64,000 nucleotides of DNA from Magallana gigas (GCF_963853765.1 NC_088861.1:13950001-14014000); one strand, 5' to 3'; shown: positions 40,277 to 52,904, numbered from the stretch's first letter. Notes: generated from the letters alone by a model not told the origin. Program-made: numbers and translations.

Positions 40277-42583
40277 AAATACATACTATAAAAGAATTAT
40301 ATAGAATTCATTATTTCAATGCCAAAATATTATAATTTTTCTTTTTAACATTATTGACAAGTTTAATCGTTGTAAACTAAAATCTTCAAAATATGTGTTG
40401 CCAATATGAGTTTTCTGTCAAATAATTATAAACATTCCTGATTGCTTTAGGCGCAGATTTTATTATTAAACTTAATACACCTCCCCCCTAGATAGCAATC
40501 ACATTTTTTATCATTTTTGCATATTTTGAGAAAAATATTGAAAAGAAAAGTTTGTTGAAGGAATTGTCATTTTCATGAAAGAAGTAGCATATGAATGAAG
40601 TAGATAAATGATATGGGAATTTATCAGAAGAGAAAAAGTCAAATGTTTTAATAGGTATGTTGTTTTCCTTACTTTTCAAATCGATGGAACAAGTGCTTTT
40701 TTCAATAAACTACACATAAGGACATACTAGTATATATGATTCATATAACGTGCTGCAAGCGTCAAAAGAACGACCGCAAACCATTTGGTTTTCTTAAGAA
40801 AAAAATATTGGAAATTCAAAATATCACGTTGTTTTGCATTACACGGAAAATCCAATCATAATAAGAACTTTCTTAAATTACATGATTACTTACTCAAAAC
40901 GTAATGGAAAAAAACCTTCCTTTATATATATAAATATATATATATATATATGACTGCCGTCATGAGAAAAGGGCCCTTATCTTTTGACGTCACAATGCTC
41001 AGAAAACGACGTCAAAGTAGCGGCATTATAAACGCAGTTTTTCTATTTGCTCTTTCTAATTTTTTTTCTGCGTTTGTGTTTTGCTTTTTGGACAACTAAA
41101 GTCTGGCCTTGTTTTTATACCGCGATTAATATTTTTTCAATCAAATATTACATGTTAATTTTAAAAATAAACATTTAATAAAGATTTAATAAATGAAATA
41201 TACACATGTAACGTCAAAATCTACACATTTCGAACGCGTAATATTGCACACAAGTTGATGCTGAAATATCATAAAAATGCTGCTTTTGCATCAGCTATGA
41301 AACTTAAATACCATATTTTCCATTCTGGTGTGTGATGAAAATATATATGCTCTAACTGGGATATCAGTTTAATAAATCGAAACCAAAGTCCCGTCTCGCA
41401 TACGCTTACTTATTGCGTATGAATGAATGCGACAGATCGTTGATTTACGTTGATGATCAATAAAATACTCTAGTTTGCATTATAAGTGAAATACAAAAAC
41501 TACACTGCATACTCGTTGTTGATAAGAGGGGTTGAAGGCATACCGAATCGATGCAGAGCAGTATTTTTCAAATCAAACAATTATCTGCGCAGTAATTACT
41601 GTGAACAATACAAGTTAAATATTTCAAAAGATTTTTTTTTTAATAATTTTCCTCACGGGAGACGATTTTACACCACTTCTTAAATAAGTCAGAAGGAACA
41701 CGAGAGAAGCGGCTATGTCTCAATTATAGTGCTACGACCAATATACAAAACAAATTCTCGTATCATTCTATTACTAAAGAATTTGCGATCAAATTTTGAA
41801 TTATTTAACGAATTAAAACGCATACATGTAACTAACGGATTCGAAAAGTTTGAGATTTTTTTTTACAGCTTAAAAATCTTCTCTGATGTATTGCATTTGA
41901 TTTCATGGGAAAATCTAATTCTTAGTGACATTTTCATGTAAAGTGCCTTTAATGAAACAACATAAAATTATATCTGCCTGTACGATTGAAAAACTTGTGT
42001 ATTATTTGAGGGCAGCATATTTTATTTTCTTATGCAATTTAACAACCAAAATCTACGTGTTGTGTGTACTTTTTGAGCTATTTTACATAAAATTTTAAAA
42101 AAAAATCAATCATAGCATGCCTGAAAACTCACCACATTATCATGGATTTCTAGCATTTTTATATGATTATTAATATTCATCTCAAATCAGTAACGTACAA
42201 GATTCAAAATTCCTTAAAACTAAACAGGTTTGTGAATACAGTCATTATACTACTATACTTTTGATATCAAGTCGAAAAAATTGCTGTTTTATGAATAAAC
42301 AATTCATGTTTATCGATAAATATAATTTAAACACTAGATGTGCGACACTTACAATTAATAACATGCATGGACGTACAATTCATCTTCATAGATGATAGTT
42401 TCTCATCTTTTCTTTTTTATACAAGAAACAAATTACGATGATACTGAAGTCAATGTTTATGTGTGTATGTTACAATGTACAATGTACAGCAATAAAACAA
42501 AATCCGAGAATCGCGATATTTTTTTACTTTTATTTATTTTTCATCTTTTTTTTTAAATTGATAATCACTCGGCCGATATTCGT

Positions 42584-42587
<4 letters not shown>

Positions 42588-42640
<53 letters not shown>
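42588..42640 (+). repeat. (GA)n microsatellite
   Basis: Direct reading of the sequence. Confidence 0.95.
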
Positions 42641-42644
<4 letters not shown>

Positions 42645-44093
42645 AATTAGTGCAGATACATTTATTCATTTATAAGAAAATTAAATTAAGTCAACATGTA
42701 AAAATGTTACTACTCACTGAATATAAGCTACGTCTATCGGCACTATACTATCGATTAGTGTAAAAAAAAATGGACATAATAAATGCAGAAGTCTTATTAA
42801 AAATCTTGCATTTTGAAAAAAAAAATGTAAATAATGCTTATATATAATTAAATATTTTAACGATTATGGTTTATAAAAATCGCATCACAAAAATACAACG
42901 GTACGCATGAACTTACAAAGCGATTGAATAGAATTGTAGATTCAGTACTTTGAAAGGGGGGGGGGGGGGTGTTGTATTTAGTTGGTCTGTCGTATTTGAT
43001 TAGGTGTGTATGAGTATGTTTAAACAATAAACATAAACAAAAGGTAGCGATCAATACCGAAAAAATTAACGTAACCCATGTTCTGTAATGTGGATGTCTC
43101 TATAGCCCGCATGTATCACCGAAGAAAGCATTTTATTGTTTATATTTACATCTTTCTTTTAACAAATTAATGAGTTGAATTGATCGTAATAAGTAATTAA
43201 AAGTCACTAAATTATTGTTAATGTACACCAGTACGTTAGATGAAGCGTCTTATATGGGAATTTGAGTTTGGCATCATCATGATTACTTCGTGCAATCCGT
43301 GATATTTCTTAGGTTGCTGAAGATTTCGACCGATCGATAAACTGCATGGTTAAAACTGGACCGAGGAGATTTCAGTCTTGTCTGTTTCTACACAGCTGTG
43401 AATTACAATCAATTTTCGTAAGAAAAAGAGGGAATCATTCTTGGTGGATGTAAATTTAAATCTATAAATATTAGATGCCATTTTTGTTAAAATCTTTTCT
43501 CCACATTTTTGTAGTTGGAACTTTTCAGTGAGACAGTCAAAGCGATTTTTTTCACCGCGGTAGTTTCATAAGAATTAAGTATTGATAACGAATAAAAGAG
43601 AAGAGAAATCGGGAAAGTAAATTAACACCATATAACTTCTGAGTTTCAAAAACAGCTATTGATTGATTTTAAACTTGCTTCAGAACTATAAAGATACTTA
43701 AAAAGTAATATCGGTAAATAAGCGATTTTCCGCGCAAAAGGTTGATCAAAATGAATGAACATTTCTCCTTTTGAAAAGAAACTCGTGTATGCCCCAAAAT
43801 TGTGGAAACATATGAATTGAATTTGACAATCTTTATCTTTGTTTGTTACATGTTTGTAAATTTGCCTCTCTGCAGCTTAAATAACTTTGATGCATTTAAA
43901 GGTTGGGGAGAAGTTGATATTTGTTTTCTTTAAATATCCCTTATCTATCTATTTATCTAGGTTGGGGGGGGGGGGGTGCATGTGGATTTATCGGAAGTGT
44001 ATCTGGATTAGCTGCAGAACTTTAACTATATCTGGATCTTCAAATAATGAACGCTAGGTTTCGTTTGTTATCGAAAGCAAAATTTTTTGTCTT

Positions 44094-44215
44094 GCCTAGA
44101 TAGTCGAGTGGGGAGCGCGGTGGCTCACTGCTGGGAGAATGGGTTCCAGAGGTCGTGAGTTCAAGCCTCGGTCGGAGCGGAAGGTGGAGCTCCAACAAAA
44201 GTGAATTTCTCTGTG
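44094..44215 (+). mobile_element. tRNA-derived SINE-like head with Pol III A and B boxes
   Basis: A-box TAGTCGAGTGG at 44101-44111 and B-box GAGTTCAAGCC at 44157-44167. GC-rich island followed by (TA)n. No clean cloverleaf or anticodon arm found. Confidence 0.55.
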
Positions 44216-44218
<3 letters not shown>

Positions 44219-44265
<47 letters not shown>

Positions 44266-44317
44266 TTCACAATGGGCAGGTACATGTCAGTTTGAGAGTT
44301 ATTGCAATGTTTGTGCT

Positions 44318-44368
<51 letters not shown>
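44219..44368 (+). repeat. Two (TA)n microsatellites (44219-44263 and 44321-44368)
   Basis: Direct reading of the sequence. Confidence 0.95.
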
Positions 44369-44372
<4 letters not shown>

Positions 44373-45606
44373 AATTCTGGTTTAAAAATGCTTAAATGCA
44401 AAGAAACAATATACTTTCACTAAACTTTTTTTAAAATAAAATGTTCATAATTTAACCACACGCTCTCTCTGAGCAAGGCTGCGTTGCCTTAACAAAGCGT
44501 TAAACTGACCTAAACTTTCGTAATCAATGCCTTATTAATTTGGTTTAATTTTATGGGAATACAAATATTTTACTTTACGTTTAATCACCGCCAGGCTTAT
44601 ACTTTCTTATGAGTTTTACGAACCTAGGCGTGGATGTGACACATTTTGTTTCAGTAGCATGGTAATATTAATTCAATTCAGAAGCATGGTAATATTTATT
44701 CAATTCAATGGTTTATTGACATCACCATGTTGGTATACAGTAAAAATGGAATCAAAGTAAGTAAACACATATACATTTTGTAGTATTATAATCAAATTGA
44801 TTAACAATTTCTTTAACGGGATCAATATTAATACTAGAATTTAATTCATCATTAAAAATATCACAATAATAAAATCAAAGATCTCAACATTGTATTGAAG
44901 ATTTGTTAAAATTGTCTGTATTTATATATTCTTGATCAATCTTCATCGAGAAACAACTCAATGATTTTTTTTCTCATTTGCCTTACGTTGTAAATTGAGG
45001 GGGTTGTCAAATTTAAATAAGGATATTACCAGAGTGACTAATGCAGACGTCATTTGAGAAACCAGCTGTTTAAAGGGAGCTGTATGAAGACCTCTTTACC
45101 ATTGCTAATGTTAAAATAATAGCATTTATTTTCTTCCATAGAAAATAGGTGCCTTTATTTCACGAGAAAATATTTGAATTACTGTATATTGTATGCAAAA
45201 CATAAATAAAATCGGGATCGGTTGGGGTCCCCCCCCCCTTTACAACTTATTGGGATCGGGTTCGTCCTTTCAAATCATCACTCTTGGATGAAAACATCCA
45301 AAAAAGGCGGGCAATGTATTTTCCAAAAAATTAAGCTCATTTTATGCATCTGTAAAAAAAAAAATTATAGTGTAACATATTAAATTAACCTTATTTCTAT
45401 ACATATTTCATAAAAGTTTGATACGTAAAGCAAATTGTTGATGAGGATGGTTTGGATTGCACAAATGTAGATTAGGCTACAGTTCGTATGCATGCTCATG
45501 ACGGCATACAAAAAGTGACAAAATATTGAAATTTTAGAAAAATATAAAATATATTTTAATTATAGATATTTTAAAACATGTTTATGAGCGAGAGATGCCA
45601 CCTAAG

Positions 45607-47420
45607 AACAAGAGGCCAATTGGCCTTAACGGTCACCTGAGTAGCATACATCCCATACACAAACTTGTCACGGAGCCTCATATATGCATCTAATTAATTA
45701 GGTTTCATACTGGAGTAGAAAAATTATAAATTTGTAATGACGACCACATTTGAAAAAGAACTGTGAAACCTATAATTTTGGTGAAAAACTAAGATCTGGT
45801 CTACACAATCATGAATTCAGTTTTCCTTTCAGGTGTGTGAGAGTAAAGAAGATAATTTTTTAATGTTATATGCATTAACATCTATACATCCATTTTGGCC
45901 CTGTCCTAGAGTCAAAACCCATCCTTGAGGGGACATGAAAATTAAAATTTCAGTAGAGGACTTCCTGGTAAACATAATTATTAGTCAGTTTTTTTAATAC
46001 AGATGTGAGAGAATAGAGAAGAAAATTATATATGCATTAACACTATATTGCCATATTGCCCCCCTCCCCCCCTTTCATGTCCTGAACCCCTGACCAAGGG
46101 GCCATGAATTTCACAATTTAGGTAAAGGAGATTGTGGATATCATAACCATGTATTCAGTTTTTTGCCCACATGTGTGGGAGTAGAGAAGAAGATTTTTTA
46201 AGATTTAAAACACTTTTACTATATGGCCATATTGGCCCCACCCTAGAGCCTGAACACCTAACAAAGGGGTCATGAATTTCACAGTTTTAGTAGAGGCCCT
46301 CATGGACATCATAACCATGTATTCAGTTTTTTGCTCACGTGTGTGGGAGTAGAGAAGAAGATTTTTAAGATTTAAAACAGTTTTACTATATGGCCATATT
46401 GCCCCCCCCCCCTCTAGAGCCTGAACATCTAACAAAGGGGTCATGAATTTTACAATTTTGGTAGAGGGCCTCTTGGACATCATAACCATGCATTTAGTTT
46501 TTAAAAAATATATATGGAAGTAGAGAAGAAGATTTTCTAAGATTTAATACATTTTTACTATTTGGCCACATTGGCCCCACCCTAGAGCCTGAACCCCTGA
46601 CCCAGGGGTCATGAATTTCATACTGTTAATAGAGGGCCTCATGGACATCATAATCATGCATTTAGTTTTTAACAAATATATATGGGAGTAGAGAAGAAGA
46701 TTTTCTAAGATTTAATACATTTTTACTATTTGGCCACATTGGCCCCACCCTAGAGCCTGAACCCCTGACCCAGGGGTCATGAATTTCATAATTTTGATAG
46801 ACGGCCTCATGGACATCATAATCATGCATTTAGTTTTTAACAAATATATATGGGAGTAGAGAAGAAGATTTTCTAAGATTTAATACATTTTTACTATTTG
46901 GCCATATTGGCCCCACCCTAGATCCTGGACCCCTGACCCAGGGGTCATACTTTTCACAATTTAGGTAGAGGGCTTCATGGATATCATAATCATGCATTTA
47001 GTTTTTTTAAAATATATATGATAGTAAAGAAGAAGATTTTCTAAGATTTAATATATTTTTACTATATGGCCATATTGGCCCCACCCTAGAGCCAGAACCC
47101 CTGTCACTGGGGCCATAAATTTCACAATTTTGGTAGAGGGCTTCATGGACATCATAACCATGCCACTGGTTTTTTCCTCACATGCGTGGGAGTAGAGAAG
47201 AAGATTTTTGAAAATTTGGCTTTTTTTGCATATTTGGCCCCGCCCGTGGCACCCCAAGGGTGGTAGAGCCATGAATTTCACAATTTTGATTCTTCTTACC
47301 ATAGAAATGCTTCACACCAAAAATGATAACGATTGGCCTGGTAGTTTTCAAGAAGAAATTAAAAATGTAAAATTGTTCACGCACGACGCACAGACGCACG
47401 ACGACGGACGAAGACCAATT

Positions 47421-47457
<37 letters not shown>
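45607..47457 (-). mobile_element. HINE-like Helentron-associated element with a ~168-bp satellite array (~8 units), inserted in the Ngaro gag
   Basis: One end reads AACAAGAGGCC..GGCCTTAACGGTCACCTGAGT. The other end carries a perfect palindrome TAGGTCACCTGAGT-G-ACTCAGGTGACCTA (47425-47453) next to a (GAC)n stretch. The unit marker GTAGAGAAGAAG recurs at ~46181, 46349, 46520, 46688, 46856, 47024 and 47192. Confidence 0.9.
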
Positions 47458-48832
47458 GAGGAACCAAGCGGGGCCGATAGGGTCATGGACAACCGGAACC
47501 ACGCGGCCCAAGAGGAAAGGGATAGAAGCGCAGCACGGACTATCCTAGGATGCTGAGAACCGTGTACAACAACCTAGTCCCTCTCGCCAGGCGAGGCCAT
47601 CCCAAAGTCACAATGTACCGGGGCCATCTCAAAGTTGCAACGTACAGGGGCCATCCCAAAGTCACAATGTACCTGGGCCATCCCAAAGTTACAACGTACC
47701 GGGGCCATCTCAAAGTTACAATGTACCGGGGCCATCTCAAAGTTACAACGTACCGGGGCCATCCCAAAGTCACAATGTACCGGGGCCATCCCAAAGTTTC
47801 AACATACCGGGGCCATCCCAAAGTCACAGTGTACCCGGGCAATCCAAAAGTCACAATGTACCAGGGCCATCCCAATGTTACAACGTACCGGGGCCATCCC
47901 AAAGTCACAATGTACCGGGGCCATCCCAAAGTTACAACGTACCAGGGCCATCCCAAAGTCACAATGTACCGGGGCCACCCCAAAGTCACAATGTACCAGG
48001 GACGCCGGCAGGACAAGAAACAGGTACATGTATGAATGCATGTGCTCTAAATGTTGCATTACAAAATTGTCCCTTGCCAATAGAGAGTTTTAATTCCAAT
48101 CTCTCTAGCAATGTTTCTCAAAGTCTCAAAGCCAAGATTATCAGTTCTGCTTATATTGACTTGTCCCTGCTTCTCGACAATACATCCCTCCATGAGGATG
48201 CTGAAAAACAAATATGTTTCAATGAAAAAGGGGAATTGATTACAAAAGGGTATTCCAAGGCTAATGCTAAGACCAACTCAATTAGCAAGTGGACAGATGC
48301 TTTTATTTTATACAGCTGTATATACACTACTGCCCACCCAAATTCATTTCAAGGACTACTTAAATACATGCATGATGTCAGATTAGGGGCCTCGCGATGT
48401 AATGAGGGGGACAATGGTTAAAAAAAGTATGATGAGCAGTTTAGGCTAAGGCGAAGTGTTGATACATCAATCTCCTGGTCAAAAATAGATTATGAATTAT
48501 GGTTGATGTTTATGCAACACAGTACTCAACCCCGTACAATCACTAGTCTTACAAATGCCACTCACAACAAATGCTACAATTTTAATTTCCAAGGTAACTG
48601 CGATAGGCTAGGCTGTCAATACATGCATAAATGCATCAGATGTGGGGAGGGTCATCCTCAATACTCTTGCCCCCTGTCAAGTTCTAGCTTTCAAGCCCAA
48701 AGGGGGACCCATCCACCACATTTTATAGGACAGAGTCGACCCCGTTTTCAGCCTCCCCTCCCCATCTCTACCTCATTTCGGCTAACTTTTCGACCCCAAA
48801 GATTTATAGGCACTAGGAAGAACACCTATTAG
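47457..48832 (+). pseudogene. Ngaro gag-like ORF1 (first codons at 45595-45607)
   Basis: A single reading frame with two in-frame stops (TAG 47546, TAA 48419). It contains WTDAFILYSCIY..LLKYMHDVR..G*KKYDEQFRLR..SWSKIDYELW and a C-terminal Cys/His knuckle CYNFNFQGNCDRLGCQYMHKCIRCGEGHPQYSC. Confidence 0.8.
47594..47998 (+). repeat. 27-bp coding minisatellite, 15 units, within gag (GPSQSHNVP-type 9-aa repeat)
   Basis: Consensus GGGCCATCCCAAAGTCACAATGTACCG. Unit starts at 47594 and 47972 are exactly 14x27 apart. No spacers. Confidence 0.95.
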
Positions 48833-48854
48833 GGTTCAAAACCTTTCAAAATAC

Positions 48855-50030
48855 TTGGATGAGTACCCAGATGTTAGGGCAGCATGTTTTCTCAGGAATG
48901 GTTTTGCAAAAGGGTTTCAGTTAAATTACACTGGACCTCGGTTACATGTCACATCAAAAAAATTAAAGTCAGCTTTACAACATCATGATGAATTACTAGA
49001 TAAGGTTTGTAAAGAAATAGAACTTGGTCGTATAATGGGTCCATTTGATAAATTACCATTAGCCAATTTACACTTGTCACCAGTAGGAGTTGTTCCAAAA
49101 TCAGATGGGGGTGGCGTATGATTACTCATTTATCATACCCAGACTCGGGTGGAATAAACTTTTTTATAGACCCTGAATTATGTACGGTCCAATATGCTTC
49201 ATTTGTTGGGGTTGTTGATATGATATCAAAATTGGGAAGTGGGGCCTCATTAGGAAAACTAGACGTCAAGAGTGCATTTCGTCTCATTCCTGTTGATCCA
49301 GCAGACTTTGATCTATTAGGTTTTTTCAATTGATGGGCTTTATTATGTGGATAAATGTCTTCCTATGGGCTGCGCTATAAGTTGTTAAAATGGGAGACAT
49401 TTGCATTGGCTAACACAGTATAAGACAGGATTAGATACTTTAGATCCTTATTTAGATAATTTTATTTTTGCTGGTAAGGGGGGAAGTCCGGACTGTGCAA
49501 TTCTGATGACACAGTTTACATCACTGACCAATGAAATTGGAGTACCATTAGCTGAAGACAAAACTGCCTCAAAGTGACCTCAAGATGTGGCTTATGTTTT
49601 TAAATAGTTTTAATGGCATAACATATTTTCCAGAGACAGATTGGTGTGATTTAAACATTTTAGAATTTTTTACTGATAGTGCTGGATCAATTGACATGGG
49701 ATGTGGGGCATATTTTCAGGGTAGATGGTTTTTTCTCCCTTGGCCTAACCATTGGAAAGATCAGGATATTATGAGGGACCTGACATTTTTAGAGCTTATC
49801 CCAGTGGTAATAGCAATAGAGTTATAGGGGTCATGATTTACAGAATAAAAAAGTTTCATTCAGAGTAGATAACCTATCATTTGTTAGTGTTATTAATAAG
49901 CAGTCTTCAAAAAATAAGCGGGTCATGGATTAGTTAGACATTTCGTGTATAGACTAATGTTGCACAATGTCCTATTTAAAGATAAACACATAGCTAGTAT
50001 TGACAATAACATTGCAGACTCTCTCTCTCT
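48855..50030 (+). pseudogene. Ngaro reverse transcriptase / RNase H, frameshifted
   Basis: Motifs KEIELGRIMGPF, SPVGVVPK, ITHLSYP, KLDVKSAFRLIPV, LPMGC and YLDN (for YLDD, 49449-49460). RNase H motifs FTDSAG..GCGAY, LELIPVV and DN..NNIADSLS. Multiple stops and frameshifts. Confidence 0.9.
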
Positions 50031-50138
50031 CTCGCAAGCAGTGGCAGCAATTCAGGAAGTTGGCACCAAGCGGAAACAATTTTCCAGAGCCAATACCAAG
50101 ACCATTAGTCAGCATGATCTACAACTTCAAATAAACAA

Positions 50139-51035
50139 TTGGCGGCATCTATTTCAAAAAGCACAAAGAAGTCATATGAAACTGGATTGACAGCTTTTGA
50201 AAATTTCCGCCTTGACCTTGGGTACCAGCAAATCTGGCCTCCACCCCTTGATCATGTAGTGCAGTTTATTGCATATTTATCCTGTAAAGATAACACTTAT
50301 TCTACAGCCAGGGCCTATGTATCGGCTATTAGTTTTCAGAGTAAAATTCACAATATTGCAGACATTACAAAAAACTTTATAGTGAGTAAGCTTCTCGAGG
50401 GTATGAAAAGAATTAAGAAAAGCGTTGATTCACGGCTACCAATTACATTGTCTTTGCTTACAAAAATTTTTCAGATTTTGCCAGCAATTTGTTATAATTC
50501 CTATGAAATAAGGTTATTTAGAGCTGCGTATGTATTAGCCTTCCATGGGTTCTTTAGGGTTGGAGAATTTTCTTTGTCAGTAGGCAACAGCGTACATTCA
50601 ATTCTTCAAGTATCTGATGTACAGTTTGAGTTGAATTTCTTTAGCGTCTGTATCAGAATAAGAAGTTCAAAGTCTGATCAACATAGCAGAGGTGTAACAG
50701 TGGCAATAAATAAGATTGGTGGTATTTTATGTCCAGTTGGGTGTTTAAATGCTTTCTTGTTAGTTAGAGGCAAAAGTGATGGCCCACTGTTCATCCATTC
50801 AGCATGTTCAGGAGGCAGGGCTTTAACTATGTATCAGTTTTCTTCCGTGTTGGAAAAGGCGTTGAACACCCTTGGGATACAAGGAAGGTTTAAGGCTCAC
50901 TCCTTTAGAATTTGGGCAGCTACAGCTGCATTTGAGGCTGGTTGTTCTCCAGAAGCTATAATGGAAGCAGGTCGCTGGAAATCTAAGGTGTACAAATCAT
51001 ATATTCGTTGTCCAGTCTTGGATTCATGTCAATAG
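50139..51035 (+). CDS. Tyrosine recombinase (integrase) of the Ngaro element, open frame, 298 aa
   Basis: Catalytic motifs present: FFRVGE (R), SKSDQ (K), HSFR (H-x-x-R), GRW (W) and YKSY (Y). The usual HSFRIG is HSFRIW here. Confidence 0.85.
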   Translation: MAASISKSTKKSYETGLTAFENFRLDLGYQQIWPPPLDHVVQFIAYLSCKDNTYSTARAYVSAISFQSKIHNIADITKNFIVSKLLEGMKRIKKSVDSRLPITLSLLTKIFQILPAICYNSYEIRLFRAAYVLAFHGFFRVGEFSLSVGNSVHSILQVSDVQFELNFFSVCIRIRSSKSDQHSRGVTVAINKIGGILCPVGCLNAFLLVRGKSDGPLFIHSACSGGRALTMYQFSSVLEKALNTLGIQGRFKAHSFRIWAATAAFEAGCSPEAIMEAGRWKSKVYKSYIRCPVLDSCQ

Positions 51036-51191
51036 CTGCTAAGTAGCATTAAGAGAGAAAAGGATATCGCATTAGTAAGATTACATGTTTTCATTGCTAA
51101 AAAAAAAATAATAAATAATAAAAAAAAAAAATTAAAAAAAAAACAAAACTCCATATTAACTTTCTAAAGTATTGCAGAAATTGATGTTAAG

Positions 51192-51709
51192 GTCTGGTGT
51201 GTTGGTTCGTCAATCATCAAACATGCATTTATTCTGGATTGAAATTTCTACATCTTAAGAGCAAGCTGCATTTACTCAGAGAAATTGAAGCTGCTCCAGA
51301 CTTCCTGGTAATGCATGCTGGGGGTAACGATATTGGTCTTAAACGTATTCCATTATACGAGTTGATTGAGATTGTTTGTGATCACTTAGAAATTATTAAG
51401 CAACGATTTCCTAATTCAGTATTGGTTTGGTCTCAGATACTTCCACGTAAAACTTGGAGGTATTCGCAGGATGTTCAGGCAATGAACAGGTCCCGTGTAC
51501 GAGTTAACAGAGCAGCTGCTCTGAAAGTTTTAGCATTAGGGGGTTGCTACATCAAATACCCAAACTTGTTGAAAGACATTAATCAGTTTTTGAGATCTGA
51601 TGGGGTTCATCTCACTCAGTTGGGTTATAAACTTTTTCTGAACAACATTCAGGGGGGACTAGAGTATTTTGCTCTGAAAATGGGACATGTTTATCCTAAC
51701 GAATTCTGA
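51192..51709 (+). pseudogene. SGNH/GDSL hydrolase ORF of the Ngaro element (5' frameshift)
   Basis: Block I VWCVGSS (51192-51212) lies in a different frame from the downstream HAGGNDIG and RSDGVHL (DxxH) blocks of ORF 51197-51709. Confidence 0.8.
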
Positions 51710-52904
51710 ATAGGCGAGATTGGTCGTGGGTCAGTTGATTGGTGGCTCCCCCCCCCCCCCCCCAAGTGTGGGATGACTGCGAGTTTCCTCAGGCAATTTG
51801 CAGCCATGTGGCGTTCGCGCGCACCAAATCAACTGATGCCTACGTATTGTTGTGCTGACTTATTGAAAAACATTGTGACAATTGATTTGTGCATGTGAAG
51901 TTGCTGAACTGTTGAACCAGTGAATTGTGTAAAGTTGTACTTGTCTTATTATATAATTTTCATTTAACAATAATTCAACATATAATTAAATAAGTTTAAA
52001 GTACTTAAATAGGTGACCATCCGCGGTAAACCTGGGGTGGTCAATTTCAAACTGTAATATTGATGATATGTTGATTGTTGATGAATATTTGTTGTGACTT
52101 TTGTTTGAGTGGGTTTGCCCAGGTGTTGTCAATGGCATCCCACATTTTATTTATGCCACGGCCAATACTCGCCAAATAAATCTTTAAACATAATATGTTT
52201 TGGGGTAAGTTTTCTCTGTGTGAATAATCAACTTCACTCGCCGCCATCAAAACTTTTGTCACGCGAAGTGTGCGAACTAATCCGGCAACTATGACATTTC
52301 AAGAATTAAAAAAAATATCATTTGCAAAAGATTTCGAAATTAAATGACATAACTTTATTACATTAAGCTTTTATTATAAAACCATCAATATATTTTGATA
52401 AATAAAACAATAATTACGAGTTATCGGAGCCTTAACAGTCAACAACGAAAAGTGCGTTAAATTGCGTGATTGCAGGGAAAATGTATGTGTGTCAATATGC
52501 GTAATTGTGGGGCAACGGTATATGCGTTAAAGAGCGTTACTGCGGGAAGGGGGTTAAGGTTTCAAATTGATTCAAGCGCTGGTTTCCTCCGAATGCGCTA
52601 AGGCGTTGTGGAAATTTCTTCAATTGATTGGAAAGGAATTGGAAGTATGCAACAACTTTAATTTGGCGAACTTGAAATGTACCCGTAACTGATAGTGATA
52701 AAACTGTTTTAAACGGTTTTCAAGGATACAAGTAAGCCTAATATTGTAACAGCATGTGTCTAACGACATGATTAGTCTTTATGACCTTGTCAGCAAATAC
52801 AATACATGTACTCCACTGGATCGCATGCTGACTGTCGTTTTTCAAACTAATTGTTAGACCGTAACTAATCACCTTATTGTCTACGGAGTTTTCCGTTTTT
52901 TCCA

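Larger units (their letters stand above)
36660..40773 (+). repeat. Segmental duplication, copy 2 (paired with ~16939-20790)
   Basis: Collinear near-identity with copy 1 apart from the 38208-38669 insertion and small indels. Confidence 0.9.
45595..52050 (+). mobile_element. Decayed tyrosine-recombinase retrotransposon (DIRS order, Ngaro-type: gag, RT/RNase H, YR, SGNH hydrolase)
   Basis: Gene order gag, RT/RH, YR, hydrolase with overlapping frames. This arrangement, with a trailing SGNH hydrolase, is established for Ngaro-like elements. Terminal split direct repeats were not identified, so the ends are approximate. Confidence 0.85.

Noticed and set aside
45170-45594. Expected 5' split direct repeat (A1) of the Ngaro element
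   Set aside because: No convincing match to 51710-52560 by eye, so the termini are left undefined.
46205-47480. ORFs at 46205, 47048, 47178 and 47208
   Set aside because: They are translations of the 168-bp satellite units and the HINE end.
47594-47998. CRISPR-like array
   Set aside because: The units are contiguous with no unique spacers, there are no cas genes, and the context is eukaryotic.
47540-48093. Four long ORFs over the 27-bp repeat (YRGHPKVTM, GAIPKSQCT, WPRYIVTLG and MAPVHCDFG frames)
   Set aside because: They are by-products of a stop-free 27-bp repeat. The frame continuous with gag is the unlisted GPSQSHNVP frame.
50139-51035. Phage integrase or prophage
   Set aside because: It is flanked by eukaryotic gag, RT/RNase H and hydrolase in Ngaro/DIRS order, with no phage genes.
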